From the IMG/VR virus record IMGVR_UViG_3300044644_001556: a DNA stretch of 64,000 nucleotides, one strand, 5' to 3'. The stretch is from a virus. Every line of letters starts with the position of its first letter. The first letter of the stretch is position 1. The notes under the pieces were generated by a model. The model saw nothing but the letters and a program-made list of their open reading frames with translations, had not been told where the DNA came from and made no database searches. A program made the translations under genes and the position numbers. Shown here in pieces: positions 46,323 through 56,189 of the stretch.

Positions 46323-46667
46323 ATGGCAGTTAAAAAGAAAAAAACTAATGAAATTAGTGTAAGTGAATTTAAATCTTGGATTTCTGGTATTGAAGATATG
46401 CAAGAAGATGGTTGGGTTCCGAATAAAGTTCAATGGGATAAAATTAAATCTAAAATTAATCTATTATCCGAATCAGTCGATGCAGAGCCGTCAGAAATTA
46501 ACGAACCTCAAAAATATTATCAGCCTGCACCTCAAATGCCATGGCCCCAACCGCCACAATTTCAGCAACAGCCTTGGTTACCTCAAGCTCCTGGCAGTTA
46601 CGGTAATCCACCCAGTTTGGATGACGATATAACATATTCTGATGGTTCAAAACCTGCATTTTTATGA
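46323..46667 (+). CDS. Hypothetical protein with Pro/Gln-rich tail
   Basis: EFKSWISGIEDM...WVP-x-x-x-QW-x-KI. Confidence 0.7.
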   Translation: MAVKKKKTNEISVSEFKSWISGIEDMQEDGWVPNKVQWDKIKSKINLLSESVDAEPSEINEPQKYYQPAPQMPWPQPPQFQQQPWLPQAPGSYGNPPSLDDDITYSDGSKPAFL

Positions 46668-47191
46668 TCGAATTAAAAGATCGAATTTTATGGTATGATG
46701 GTTCTATTAGTATAGATCCGAAAGATATACAGAAATATATTCGAGTAAAAAATTTATTTGTTACTCAATTAACAGACGATATTAAACAATATAATAAAAA
46801 TGTGGTTGATTCCGATCGTATAGTTATTAAGCAAGGGTTAAATGATTTCGATACGAAATGGAATATTCCTGATTTATATTTTAATATTGATGTTTTTGAT
46901 TATATTACGAATAAATTTTTAATGATTTGTGATGATGAGCGATATTCAGATAGTGAAGTGATTTTTAGATTTAAACGAATTAAAACTGAATATTCAATCT
47001 TTAATAAATTAGGATTAAATGATTTACTGCGGACATTGATTTATATTATTGATAAATTTAAACAAAATAATATAGTTTGGGGTGTCGGTAGAGGCAGTAG
47101 CGTAAGTAGTTATATTTTATATCTAATGGAAGTTCATGATATAGATAGTATAACTTACGATTTAGATTTTTCAGAATTTTTAGGGGGTTAA
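46664..47191 (+). CDS. Stand-alone DNA polymerase III alpha (DnaE) fragment
   Basis: WGVGRGSSVSSYILYL...ID-x-I-x-YDLDF-x-x-FL; ends before the catalytic PDxD motif. Confidence 0.8.
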   Translation: MIELKDRILWYDGSISIDPKDIQKYIRVKNLFVTQLTDDIKQYNKNVVDSDRIVIKQGLNDFDTKWNIPDLYFNIDVFDYITNKFLMICDDERYSDSEVIFRFKRIKTEYSIFNKLGLNDLLRTLIYIIDKFKQNNIVWGVGRGSSVSSYILYLMEVHDIDSITYDLDFSEFLGG

Positions 47192-47192
47192 T

Positions 47193-47393
47193 ATGAGCTT
47201 TTCTATTCAAGATTTTTTATCTGCTCGCAAACGCGAAGACGAGAAAAAAAAAGAGCAAAATAGACGTAATACCGATACTTCAACTTCTAGTCTAACTGAA
47301 TCAAGTAGTTCATTTGGTTTCGGTAATAGTTATGATGGCGGAAGCTATGATAGCGGAAGTTGTAGCAGCGACGGTGGAAGTTGTGGTGATTAA
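47193..47393 (+). CDS. Small protein with Ser/Gly-rich tail
   Basis: ORF track. Confidence 0.6.
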   Translation: MSFSIQDFLSARKREDEKKKEQNRRNTDTSTSSLTESSSSFGFGNSYDGGSYDSGSCSSDGGSCGD

Positions 47394-47418
47394 ATTTATA
47401 TAATAACGGAGTTTTAAA

Positions 47419-47712
47419 ATGGGAAAAGTAAGAAGCGCTTTAGGTCAAGTTGTAGATTTTGATTTAATGCAATTAATGAATGATTTAAGTACGCCTAAAT
47501 CAAATAAAAAGCCGTATACGCCGCCTGCAGCGGCTCCTATCGACGATATTCAAGTTATAGAAGAAATTCCGGCATCTACGTACTACCAACCAAATTTTAT
47601 TAATGATGTCTCGCCATTAGCTGATAGAATTGATACTCCGGTAGCACAGCCATTACAAGTAGCAGAACCGTTAAATTCGGCCCCACCAGTAACTAAATCT
47701 AAAAAAGGTTAA
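47419..47712 (+). CDS. Hypothetical protein
   Basis: RSALGQVVDFDL; GGAG RBS. Confidence 0.65.
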   Translation: MGKVRSALGQVVDFDLMQLMNDLSTPKSNKKPYTPPAAAPIDDIQVIEEIPASTYYQPNFINDVSPLADRIDTPVAQPLQVAEPLNSAPPVTKSKKG

Positions 47713-47714
47713 TT

Positions 47715-47999
47715 ATGTTAAAACCATTATACGATTCGATTATTTTTCAATTTGAAGATGAAACTGAAGGGTTGGGGTTTAATAATATTTCAGCTGGGGG
47801 TATTATTTTTAAATCGTACGACCACGATGCGTCATCCGATAGGTACGCTAAAGTATTATATATAGGCGATGATTGTCAATTCGTTAAGGTTGGTGATCGT
47901 ATTTTGGTTGAACGTTTGCGCTGGACTGAAGGATTAAATTATGAAGGCCAGCGTTATTGGCGAACAACCGAAAAAGATGTTATGTTTATATCAAAATAA
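47715..47999 (+). CDS. groES: Co-chaperonin GroES-like
   Basis: LKPLYD, SAGGII, VKVGDRIL, EKDV. Confidence 0.8.
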   Translation: MLKPLYDSIIFQFEDETEGLGFNNISAGGIIFKSYDHDASSDRYAKVLYIGDDCQFVKVGDRILVERLRWTEGLNYEGQRYWRTTEKDVMFISK

Positions 48000-48002
48000 T
48001 AC

Positions 48003-48031
48003 TTGATATCGTTGTACTATTATATTATAAT
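48003..48031 (+). promoter_or_regulatory. Sigma70-type promoter
   Basis: TTGATA-N17-TATAAT. Confidence 0.6.
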
Positions 48032-48059
48032 ATAATAAATTAAACTTAGGAAAAATATT

Positions 48060-48395
48060 ATGACTACTATTGAAAATAACTTAAATTTATCAGATACAGT
48101 ACCGACTCAAGTTGGTGATACTTTAGTTTTAAATCCAACTATTTTGCCGGATATTAAAAAATCAACCCAATTAGTTTTACAACGCGTTGAATCTACTGTA
48201 AAGTGTAATCGATATAATCGTAAAAAATTAGCGTATGGTATTATCGGTGATATGATGCAGTTTAATAATAAACGTCGAGTTATTGTCGCTAGATTAATGT
48301 GTGAATTAGGTGTAAATAGTAACTACGCTAACGTTTTAATCCAACAATATCGTACATTAAATGGTTTAGTTGAATCGAGGGCTGATTATGTATAA
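48060..48395 (+). CDS. Hypothetical protein
   Basis: ORF with RBS. Confidence 0.6.
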   Translation: MTTIENNLNLSDTVPTQVGDTLVLNPTILPDIKKSTQLVLQRVESTVKCNRYNRKKLAYGIIGDMMQFNNKRRVIVARLMCELGVNSNYANVLIQQYRTLNGLVESRADYV

Positions 48396-48508
48396 TTATC
48401 GTATAATTTATCGGCCGAGATTAAATGGTAATTGGAGCTTATTAAATAATCCGACTTTAGGATTTCCTGATCAAATTTCAGTTAAGATTAACTATAGAAT
48501 AGTATAAT

Positions 48509-48541
48509 AAAAAAGCCCATTATATAATGGGCTTTTATTTT
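48509..48541. terminator. Bidirectional terminator
   Basis: AAAAGCCCATTATATAATGGGCTTTT palindrome between convergent genes. Confidence 0.8.
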
Positions 48542-48551
48542 GCCTTTATTT

Positions 48552-50636
48552 TTACGCCAATACTTCTAAAGTAACAGCAAAAGAATAATATGTCGGTTTA
48601 ACGTCATCTGGTGTAAATGCAGCAACATCAGCCAATATCGGATTACTTATAGCAAAATCAGTTGATGGTGTATATGTATCTGCTGCAAAATATTGCAATT
48701 TAGTATTAATGTACAATACCGCATCTTTTAAAACTACACTTGAAAATGTAGGAGATGGGAAGCAGGTTGTATCAGAATTAATGATATTTGCACCGAAGGC
48801 TTTGAATGAATATGTAAAACCATCTAGCAAATCGTTAACCGCGAACGGTAATGAAGAATTAACTAAAATGCCGTTTAATACCGTATGTTTAATTGGTACA
48901 GTAACACCACCATTATTATATAAGGCTGGTGTAACATGGAAAGTATGGCGGCTAACCTTATCATTATATTCGATTACTAATGATACTTTAAATAATTTTT
49001 TAAAATTAGCTGCAGATATAGTTACATTAGATGAAGTTCCATCTACATTGTATTTTTTAGTTGCAGATGCGGTATTTTCTACAGTATATAAATCACCAAC
49101 ACCATCTACTTTAAAATCAAAGACGTATTGATTATGCGATAATAAATCTTTTATATCTTTTTTAGTTGCGATTTCTAAATTAACATTATGATCATTAAAT
49201 GTCGCTGGTTTTGCACCATAATATAAAATTTCGTTGATATATTTTGGCGTTATATTAACTGGAGGAACTGCACTAGAAGTTAACGATAATTCTTCGTAGG
49301 CTACCATCGAATGCCAACCGCCATTAACATTATCATAAACGTTTACTGTACGATCAATCGAAGCATTATTTAATTTACCAAAATAAACAGCCCCATCTTG
49401 ACCAGCTAGCGGTAATTTATTATTTGTGGTATATATTTGAGCATTTAAATTAACTGCAGCTCCGTTACTAATTACAAATAAACTATTAGAATCAGTTACT
49501 ATATTATTATTACCGTAGTATAACGTTCCGTTGCTTTCTGACGCTAATGTAATACTACTTTTTACTGGATTTATATATAACGCATTCCAAGAATTATCAT
49601 CGTATAATAAATTTAAAACATTAGTTGATTTATTATACCGTAATTTTGTTGCGATATAAGTCGATCCGGCAGTCGTATATTGAATTAATGAATCAGTATA
49701 TTGTTTATTAATAATATCATAATTATTAGTCGGTATTTGGTCTACTTGTAATTTATTACCCGGAGTATAAACTGCAACTTTTACTGGGTTTGCAATATCA
49801 TTAGCCGTAAATTTTAAAACATTATTTTCTGTAAATAATTGGTTAGTAAATGTAGTATTAGGTCTAGAGCCGATTACTGGATTGGTAGCCGAGGCATTAG
49901 TCGCCATACTACCACCAATATACGACCAAATAGGCGAACCGCCAGCATCAACATTAAAACCAGAACAAATATATAAACCAATACCACTTACTGGATTGGA
50001 ACTATAAAATAATTGACCTAATGTGGGATTAGCTGGTTTAGCTGAACCATTCTGAATAGCATTAACTGGCTGCCAATATTTAACTAATGATACATCAGAT
50101 AATATTAACATATAACTTGTATTTGTATCGGTATCGTACCAAATATCACCGACTGTATGATCTGCAGTAGATGGTTTAACGTTACTAGCAGTTAATTTAC
50201 CATCGACATATGATTTTGTTGCGTATGCGGTTAATGTATCGTTAGTTACAGTCGAGGTATTAACTAAAGCCCATTGGGAACCTGAAGCAATCGATATTAA
50301 GCTTTGATTTAATTGGTAATCAGTGCGGCGTGTTGGATCTGCTATCGCGATATCATAATTCGCGGACGAAATTGCAGCAGTTGTATGTTTAGTTTTACAT
50401 ACCAATAAACGATTTCCATCAAACCATAATTGGCCGGCGACTGGATTTCTCGGTTCATATATTGAATTAAAATTTTCTAATAATCTGACTAAATTAGTCC
50501 AAAAACCAGTACCGTAACCTCTATATTGCTTCCCGAATAATTGCAATGAGGTTGTTTCATCTAAAGAGTCTGGGGCTATATTAATCGTCGTTGGTGTATC
50601 TCCACCATAATTGATAATGTAATTTGTATCGGCCAT
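48552..50636 (-). CDS. Virion fibre-like structural protein
   Basis: N-terminal TSLQLFGK...TNLVRLLENF...P...GQLWFD module shared with 53353-59106; ATKSYVD, GDIWYD repeats. Confidence 0.75.
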   Translation of the reverse strand: MADTNYIINYGGDTPTTINIAPDSLDETTSLQLFGKQYRGYGTGFWTNLVRLLENFNSIYEPRNPVAGQLWFDGNRLLVCKTKHTTAAISSANYDIAIADPTRRTDYQLNQSLISIASGSQWALVNTSTVTNDTLTAYATKSYVDGKLTASNVKPSTADHTVGDIWYDTDTNTSYMLILSDVSLVKYWQPVNAIQNGSAKPANPTLGQLFYSSNPVSGIGLYICSGFNVDAGGSPIWSYIGGSMATNASATNPVIGSRPNTTFTNQLFTENNVLKFTANDIANPVKVAVYTPGNKLQVDQIPTNNYDIINKQYTDSLIQYTTAGSTYIATKLRYNKSTNVLNLLYDDNSWNALYINPVKSSITLASESNGTLYYGNNNIVTDSNSLFVISNGAAVNLNAQIYTTNNKLPLAGQDGAVYFGKLNNASIDRTVNVYDNVNGGWHSMVAYEELSLTSSAVPPVNITPKYINEILYYGAKPATFNDHNVNLEIATKKDIKDLLSHNQYVFDFKVDGVGDLYTVENTASATKKYNVDGTSSNVTISAANFKKLFKVSLVIEYNDKVSRHTFHVTPALYNNGGVTVPIKHTVLNGILVNSSLPFAVNDLLDGFTYSFKAFGANIINSDTTCFPSPTFSSVVLKDAVLYINTKLQYFAADTYTPSTDFAISNPILADVAAFTPDDVKPTYYSFAVTLEVLA

Positions 50637-50664
50637 GTTAGATTTTCCGTGGGAATAAATAACA

Positions 50665-50672
50665 TATTTATA
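50665..50672 (-). promoter_or_regulatory. T4 late promoter consensus TATAAATA
   Basis: Exact match about 30 nt upstream of a structural gene. Confidence 0.65.
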
Positions 50673-50701
50673 AACATAAAAACCACAAATTACTTTATTA
50701 A

Positions 50702-51496
50702 TTAAATATCAAACGTCTGCAAATCAAATCGCTTATAACATGATTCTGATGGATATCCTCTAGTATTAGATCTAATTTTGCAATTATCTAAATCAAATTG
50801 ATCACATCCATGTAAATGCCCATGTATCCAATATTGAATACTTCGATTATCTAGAATAAATTCTTCTAAACTAGAGCAATATAAACCATTCATAATAAAT
50901 GAACCTTTGTATCGGGCATCTATCGTTTCGAATGTTGGACTATGATGAGTTACTACTACTACTGGATCTTCGGATTGATAAGACGTAAAAAAATCAGTAA
51001 TAAATTGAATAAATTGTTGATGTAATGAATACCAATAATCTACATTGAATGGCTCGTGATTTTCAGTAATATAATGAAAATCGTTTAATAAACCGGCTGC
51101 TCGATATTTAGTCGATGGGTCGTTTTTATTTAAATCAGTCCACATAGTACCACCAATAAAAGTAACTCTGTCTAATTTTACAATTTCATTTTCTAAAATA
51201 TGCAAATTCGAATAACACTTAAATGCTTGTTTTAATTCGGGTAGATCAGTAATATCAGCTCCGTAATATTCATGATTACCCATTACCCAAATAACATGTT
51301 TATATAAATTAGTTACTTGATCGATAAATTTTAGAAATCGAGATATATTTCCGAATTTTACTGATTCGATATCGGTTTTTAAACGCGATATAGGCATTAT
51401 ATCGCCGGCTAAAATTAAAACATCCGCATTATCTACGTTATGAATTTCATAATCCGAAAATTCTAAATGCAAATCAGAACAGTATGTTACTTTCAT
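50702..51496 (-). CDS. Calcineurin-like metallophosphoesterase
   Basis: SDLHLE, LAGDI, GNHEYY, THHSP, WIHGHLH. Confidence 0.9.
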   Translation of the reverse strand: MKVTYCSDLHLEFSDYEIHNVDNADVLILAGDIMPISRLKTDIESVKFGNISRFLKFIDQVTNLYKHVIWVMGNHEYYGADITDLPELKQAFKCYSNLHILENEIVKLDRVTFIGGTMWTDLNKNDPSTKYRAAGLLNDFHYITENHEPFNVDYWYSLHQQFIQFITDFFTSYQSEDPVVVVTHHSPTFETIDARYKGSFIMNGLYCSSLEEFILDNRSIQYWIHGHLHGCDQFDLDNCKIRSNTRGYPSESCYKRFDLQTFDI

Positions 51497-51512
51497 ATTA
51501 TTTTAAACCTTA

Positions 51513-51701
51513 CTATGATGAATAAAGTACAGGATGATAATTATCCAATACGCGGTTGATGCCTCGTACCAATAATATTGTTAATACTAGCCATACTAAT
51601 GGTATCAAGAAGAAGCTTGCAACTAATAATGCAACAATAACTACTATCAATGACATTAGCATATATAAAACGCCCATTTTTAAATACTCCGTATAAAACA
51701 A
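51513..51701 (-). CDS. Small membrane protein
   Basis: Long hydrophobic stretch; likely start MGVLY. Confidence 0.55.
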   Translation of the reverse strand: MFYTEYLKMGVLYMLMSLIVVIVALLVASFFLIPLVWLVLTILLVRGINRVLDNYHPVLYSS

Positions 51702-51799
51702 AATAGTTATTTATATTATAAACCGTTATTATCGCAGATTATAATAGTAGTTAATATTATAGCGCCGCATAGGTATATAAATTGCATCGAATCTAACAT

Positions 51800-52396
51800 T
51801 TAACCTCCGAATATATCAATTTGCCCTAGTTTTCTATCTTTCGCTAGCAAACACGCATCGGTCGTAATAATCTTATTTAATAATTTAAAATTTGTGATAT
51901 TAACTTCAGGCGGACCATTTAATATATCCATCTCATCGCGAATATTCATCCACAATTTACCTAAAATATTATCACCAATTAATAAACCATTACGTTCAAC
52001 CGTACCCCATAATTGATCTTTATGTGATTTTTCGACTATATCGCGATTACCAACCTCATTTAAAATACGTTTAATAAAAACGCTATTTTGATAAAATTTT
52101 AATCGCAAACAAAAATCCATTACTTCGACTCGAACATCATGCCAATCATCTCGAGTATATAATTTTCTATATTTTTTACTGGTCATTTTACTAGCCATAC
52201 CAGAATGCCCTTTTAATATCTCGGCTTGGTAATCAGGGAAATCTGGGAATCTACATGCTTGATATAACGCTTCGGTATTTTTAATTTTAACGCCGCCGAT
52301 AGTTACGCCATAATCATTCGACATATTAGATAACTCACCCCATTTTTCTTTTACTTTATTAAAAACGCAAGCTTCAGTTATAATATATTGGTCCAT
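51800..52396 (-). CDS. NADAR (YbiA-like) protein
   Basis: LSN, EALYQACRF, DW...M...KF-x-QN, D-x-LWG...N-x-LG-x-LWM-x-IR. Confidence 0.85.
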   Translation of the reverse strand: MDQYIITEACVFNKVKEKWGELSNMSNDYGVTIGGVKIKNTEALYQACRFPDFPDYQAEILKGHSGMASKMTSKKYRKLYTRDDWHDVRVEVMDFCLRLKFYQNSVFIKRILNEVGNRDIVEKSHKDQLWGTVERNGLLIGDNILGKLWMNIRDEMDILNGPPEVNITNFKLLNKIITTDACLLAKDRKLGQIDIFGG

Positions 52397-52501
52397 ATTT
52401 ATCTCTCGATCTGATTGAAAAATAGTATTATATCATAAAAGTAATACTAAGTCAATAATATGAGTTAAATACTTCTTTTTATATTATAATTATTAATTTT
52501 T

Positions 52502-53161
52502 ATGCAATATACTCATAATCCAATAGATATCCCAGATCTCGAAACTTCTTATAAAAACGGCTTGCGTTATTATCATTGTGGTGATAACAAATACCCATCC
52601 ATTACTTCGGTATTAGGATCGGAGCCAAAACCATATCTAATTGAATGGAGAAATCGAATCGGTAATTCAGCCGCAGATAAAGAAATGCAGCGTTGTGCGA
52701 CTAGAGGTACTAATGTACATGCCTTAGCCGAACTATATTTAAATAATATGGAAATAGATAAATCGAAATATGAAAAATCCGATATTGTAATGTTTAATAA
52801 ATTAAAAGTTGGATTAGCTAAAATTGATAATATATTAGCTCAGGAATGCGCGTTACATAGTGATTTTTTAGAAGTAGCCGGTAGATGCGATGTCGTAGCT
52901 CATTATAATAATAAACTATCAATTATTGATTTTAAAACCTCGAATGGAGTTAAAACCGAAGAACAGGTTTTCGATTATTTTTTACAAGAGACGTTTTATA
53001 TGATGGCGTTATTGGAACAAACTGGAATTGAAGCTGAGCAGATTGTTACTATTATATCAGTAGAAAAACAATTAGCGCCTCAGATTTTTATTAAAAGTCC
53101 GAAGCCTTATATTAAGCCATTAATGCATAGAATAGATAAATTTTATAAACGGGAATATTAA
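52502..53161 (+). CDS. PD-(D/E)XK exonuclease (Cas4/RecB-like)
   Basis: YPSITSVL, RGT-x-VH, AGRCD, IIDFKTS, Q-x-x-x-Y. Confidence 0.88.
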   Translation: MQYTHNPIDIPDLETSYKNGLRYYHCGDNKYPSITSVLGSEPKPYLIEWRNRIGNSAADKEMQRCATRGTNVHALAELYLNNMEIDKSKYEKSDIVMFNKLKVGLAKIDNILAQECALHSDFLEVAGRCDVVAHYNNKLSIIDFKTSNGVKTEEQVFDYFLQETFYMMALLEQTGIEAEQIVTIISVEKQLAPQIFIKSPKPYIKPLMHRIDKFYKREY

Positions 53162-53298
53162 TCGTTTTGGCTATTTAGATATTCTATTATTAACTCTATA
53201 GCCAATAATAAACCGGCACCATACCCAAAAGCATAAGTTGTTTTATGATTTAAAGTTTTATTATATTCGTCTTGTAATCGTAATAAAATATCTTGCAT
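53158..53298 (-). CDS. Small hypothetical protein (46 aa)
   Basis: Below cutoff; AGGAG RBS. Confidence 0.5.
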   Translation of the reverse strand: MQDILLRLQDEYNKTLNHKTTYAFGYGAGLLLAIELIIEYLNSQND

Positions 53299-53352
53299 AT
53301 ATTATCTCCTGCTGCGAAATATATTATATAATTCAAAACAATAAAAATCAAG

Positions 53353-54285
53353 TTATGCTTTAATGCCGGTCAAGGTAAATGATATTTTTTCAATTGCTGT
53401 TGTCGTAGTTCTAGTAATAGTAAATTTAGTATCCGGTTCTACTGTGCAATAAGTATCACTAAAAGTAGTTCCGATACTAGAGCAAGTTACGTAATAATTT
53501 CCCGATAATGCATTAGGTACTGTAATTTGACAAGATGCAATACCAATTGGTAAATTAATTGAACCAGTAACTAAAACTGTAGTTACTGAACTGCTACGTG
53601 ATTCAGTATAAGTAATTCCATTATTAATAGCACCAGCCGAGTCAATTATAACTTCAGTCATATTATGAGTAATAGTTAGTTTTATATTATCGTCTACATA
53701 TTTTTTCGTAGAGGCGTAAGATGAGTCAATTGTATTATCTGGTAATATTATTGCCCCATTTTTCGCACCGCCGACCAATTTAAGAAAATTACTTAATTCT
53801 GGGGGAGCCTCATTTCCACAATCGCATAATTTATTAAGAACATATTGTTTATTTGCTAATGATAGGTTATTGCTGGTACTCGTTATATTATTCAATAAAA
53901 GATGATCGATGACTCTATCATCCGATTTATTAAGCAAAATATAATTTTGTAATTTAGTTTTTAATATTGCTTCGGTAACATAATTTGTAACATTCGGCGA
54001 TTCTACATTACTAATAGCAACCCAATCAGTTCCAGTATATAATTTTAATTGATCATAAAATGAATCAAACCATAATTGGCCTTCAATTAGTTGATCGCCG
54101 TATCCGGGCGGATATTCGCCGCAAAAATTTTCGCACAGGTGCAATAAATTAGTATTTAAATAACTACCCCAATCAATTCTATCACGTCCGAATAATGTTA
54201 ACGATGTATCATTATTTAAGGTATTCGCTAATACAGTAATCGGTTTTTTTGTATTATTCGTAAAATCAATAATATAGTCAGACAT
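53353..54285 (-). CDS. Fibre-like structural protein, type C'
   Basis: Shared N-terminal module; PGY...EGQLWFDS, NYVT, LCDC. Confidence 0.75.
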   Translation of the reverse strand: MSDYIIDFTNNTKKPITVLANTLNNDTSLTLFGRDRIDWGSYLNTNLLHLCENFCGEYPPGYGDQLIEGQLWFDSFYDQLKLYTGTDWVAISNVESPNVTNYVTEAILKTKLQNYILLNKSDDRVIDHLLLNNITSTSNNLSLANKQYVLNKLCDCGNEAPPELSNFLKLVGGAKNGAIILPDNTIDSSYASTKKYVDDNIKLTITHNMTEVIIDSAGAINNGITYTESRSSSVTTVLVTGSINLPIGIASCQITVPNALSGNYYVTCSSIGTTFSDTYCTVEPDTKFTITRTTTTAIEKISFTLTGIKA

Positions 54286-54294
54286 ATATTTCCT

Positions 54295-55266
54295 TTATGA
54301 TACTGAATTATTAGATGGTAATGCTTGTAAACCCATTACACTACCACTTATATTTAATTCGCCGGTTGTATCCGGTCTAGTGATAGTAAAAGAATGATTA
54401 TTAACTATAGTAACATGCAATTTAGTATATTTACCAATTGATTTACAATTAACAACCATATTAAATGCTGGTTTAATTTTAGCTACTGCCGAATCCATAA
54501 AATTAACCGGTAAATCTATAGTAATTGAATTTGCTGCGTCTGCTATAACTGCATTAAATTGAATCGAGGTAAATAATCCCGGTAAATTATTGGTCGTTGT
54601 GTTTTTTATCGTATATGTTGTTATTTTTTTAGAAGTATCTGAAGTATCTTCAACCGGATCGATAGATCCGATAGTTTGAACATATCTAATATTAGCTAAC
54701 GCACCATCTGGCGAACTAGAATTCAAATCGCCCAATAATAACGGGCCGGTCATTGATACTTGACCGTCAATTGCTACGAAATTATAATTTCCTTCGGTTA
54801 AAACGGTATCGACGTATAATTTAGTAACTGCTTCATTATTTAATTCAATAGTGGATGAACTTAAAATAGAACATAATGTATCAGGTCCATCGTACGTAAT
54901 ATATGATTTTAATATAGTATCTAGAACTAAAGAACTATTACTAATAGTAGGAATAGAATCGATGTATATAATATCGATCTTATCAGTATTTGGTTTTATA
55001 TTAATTTCATTCCATGATGTATTAAAAACATTTAATTTTTTAGTTTGGCTATTATAATAAACTTGGCCTTGTATTGGTTTTAAAGGCGGAGTTGTATTGC
55101 AAAAATTCTCAGTTAAATGTAATAAATTAGTTAATAAATCTTGCCCATAATTATAAGAATCATTACCAATTAATGTAAGTGAAGTTTCTTTATTTCTAGA
55201 TTTATAATTAATAATAAATGGAGTTGTATTTTTATCATTATATGAATAAATTGATAAATTACTCAT
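54295..55266 (-). CDS. Fibre-like structural protein, type B'
   Basis: Shared N-terminal module; GQVYYN, PNTD-x-I-x-I-x-YID-x-IP. Confidence 0.75.
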   Translation of the reverse strand: MSNLSIYSYNDKNTTPFIINYKSRNKETSLTLIGNDSYNYGQDLLTNLLHLTENFCNTTPPLKPIQGQVYYNSQTKKLNVFNTSWNEINIKPNTDKIDIIYIDSIPTISNSSLVLDTILKSYITYDGPDTLCSILSSSTIELNNEAVTKLYVDTVLTEGNYNFVAIDGQVSMTGPLLLGDLNSSSPDGALANIRYVQTIGSIDPVEDTSDTSKKITTYTIKNTTTNNLPGLFTSIQFNAVIADAANSITIDLPVNFMDSAVAKIKPAFNMVVNCKSIGKYTKLHVTIVNNHSFTITRPDTTGELNISGSVMGLQALPSNNSVS

Positions 55267-56162
55267 GCTGAATACCCTATAATTGTAAACATTACTGTCG
55301 ATGCAACCACGCCGCTTTTAGTTATAGTAATTGTCCCTTTTTTATTAGCAAAATCTAATTTAACGGCGGTGTTACTAACCGCGTCAGCATCGAAAGTATT
55401 ACTATTAACACTATAATTAATTAAATTACTAACGTCATCTAATTTAATTGTGGTATTAGTATCGCTAGCACCTAAATAAGCAACACCGTAAATATAAGTT
55501 AATTTCGACGGTAAAAAAGTAACAATACTATAACAACCATTAGTTAAAATAACTTCATTGGTTATAGTCATTACCGGCAAATTATCATCTACATATTTTT
55601 TAGTAATAGCAGTATATTCACTAGAAAACTCATTAATTTTTACATTAGATATAATTGGACCCGAAGTAGGTTCAGGATTTCCAGTTAATGGAATAAATCC
55701 AGTCGGTCCACTAGGTTTTAATTTATCGACAAATTCTTTAGTTACTGCACTATAACCACTAGCATTATCTGATAATGGCTTTAATAATAATGGACCGCTC
55801 ATCATCCCATTAGATAACGGCAAATACTTATTTAATTTAATACCTAAATCATGTTCGGTTATGGCATCAGTCGGTTGTTTAGGTTTTTTGGAATAACCCA
55901 AATCAATCCATTCGGTTTTTGATTTAACTTTTAAATTATTATCTGATGTATCGTACCATAATTGCCCAATAATTGAATTTATAGGTTCATCATCATTACT
56001 AAAATGTTCTAATAAATGCAATAAATTAGAATTTAGATCTTTACTATAATTAATTGAATTTTTTCCGTGTAGTATTAATGGCGTCTGAGCATTATACGAT
56101 CGTTCAGGTATTAATAAATTTGTTTTATCAATATCTGTAAATTCTATAGTGTAATTAGTCAC
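55263..56162 (-). CDS. Fibre-like structural protein, type A'
   Basis: Shared N-terminal module; GY-x-K-x-P-x-x-P-x-DA, PSKLTYIYG-x-AY. Confidence 0.75.
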   Translation of the reverse strand: MTNYTIEFTDIDKTNLLIPERSYNAQTPLILHGKNSINYSKDLNSNLLHLLEHFSNDDEPINSIIGQLWYDTSDNNLKVKSKTEWIDLGYSKKPKQPTDAITEHDLGIKLNKYLPLSNGMMSGPLLLKPLSDNASGYSAVTKEFVDKLKPSGPTGFIPLTGNPEPTSGPIISNVKINEFSSEYTAITKKYVDDNLPVMTITNEVILTNGCYSIVTFLPSKLTYIYGVAYLGASDTNTTIKLDDVSNLINYSVNSNTFDADAVSNTAVKLDFANKKGTITITKSGVVASTVMFTIIGYSA

Positions 56163-56189
56163 GATTACTCCGAAATGCGTTTTGTTTGT

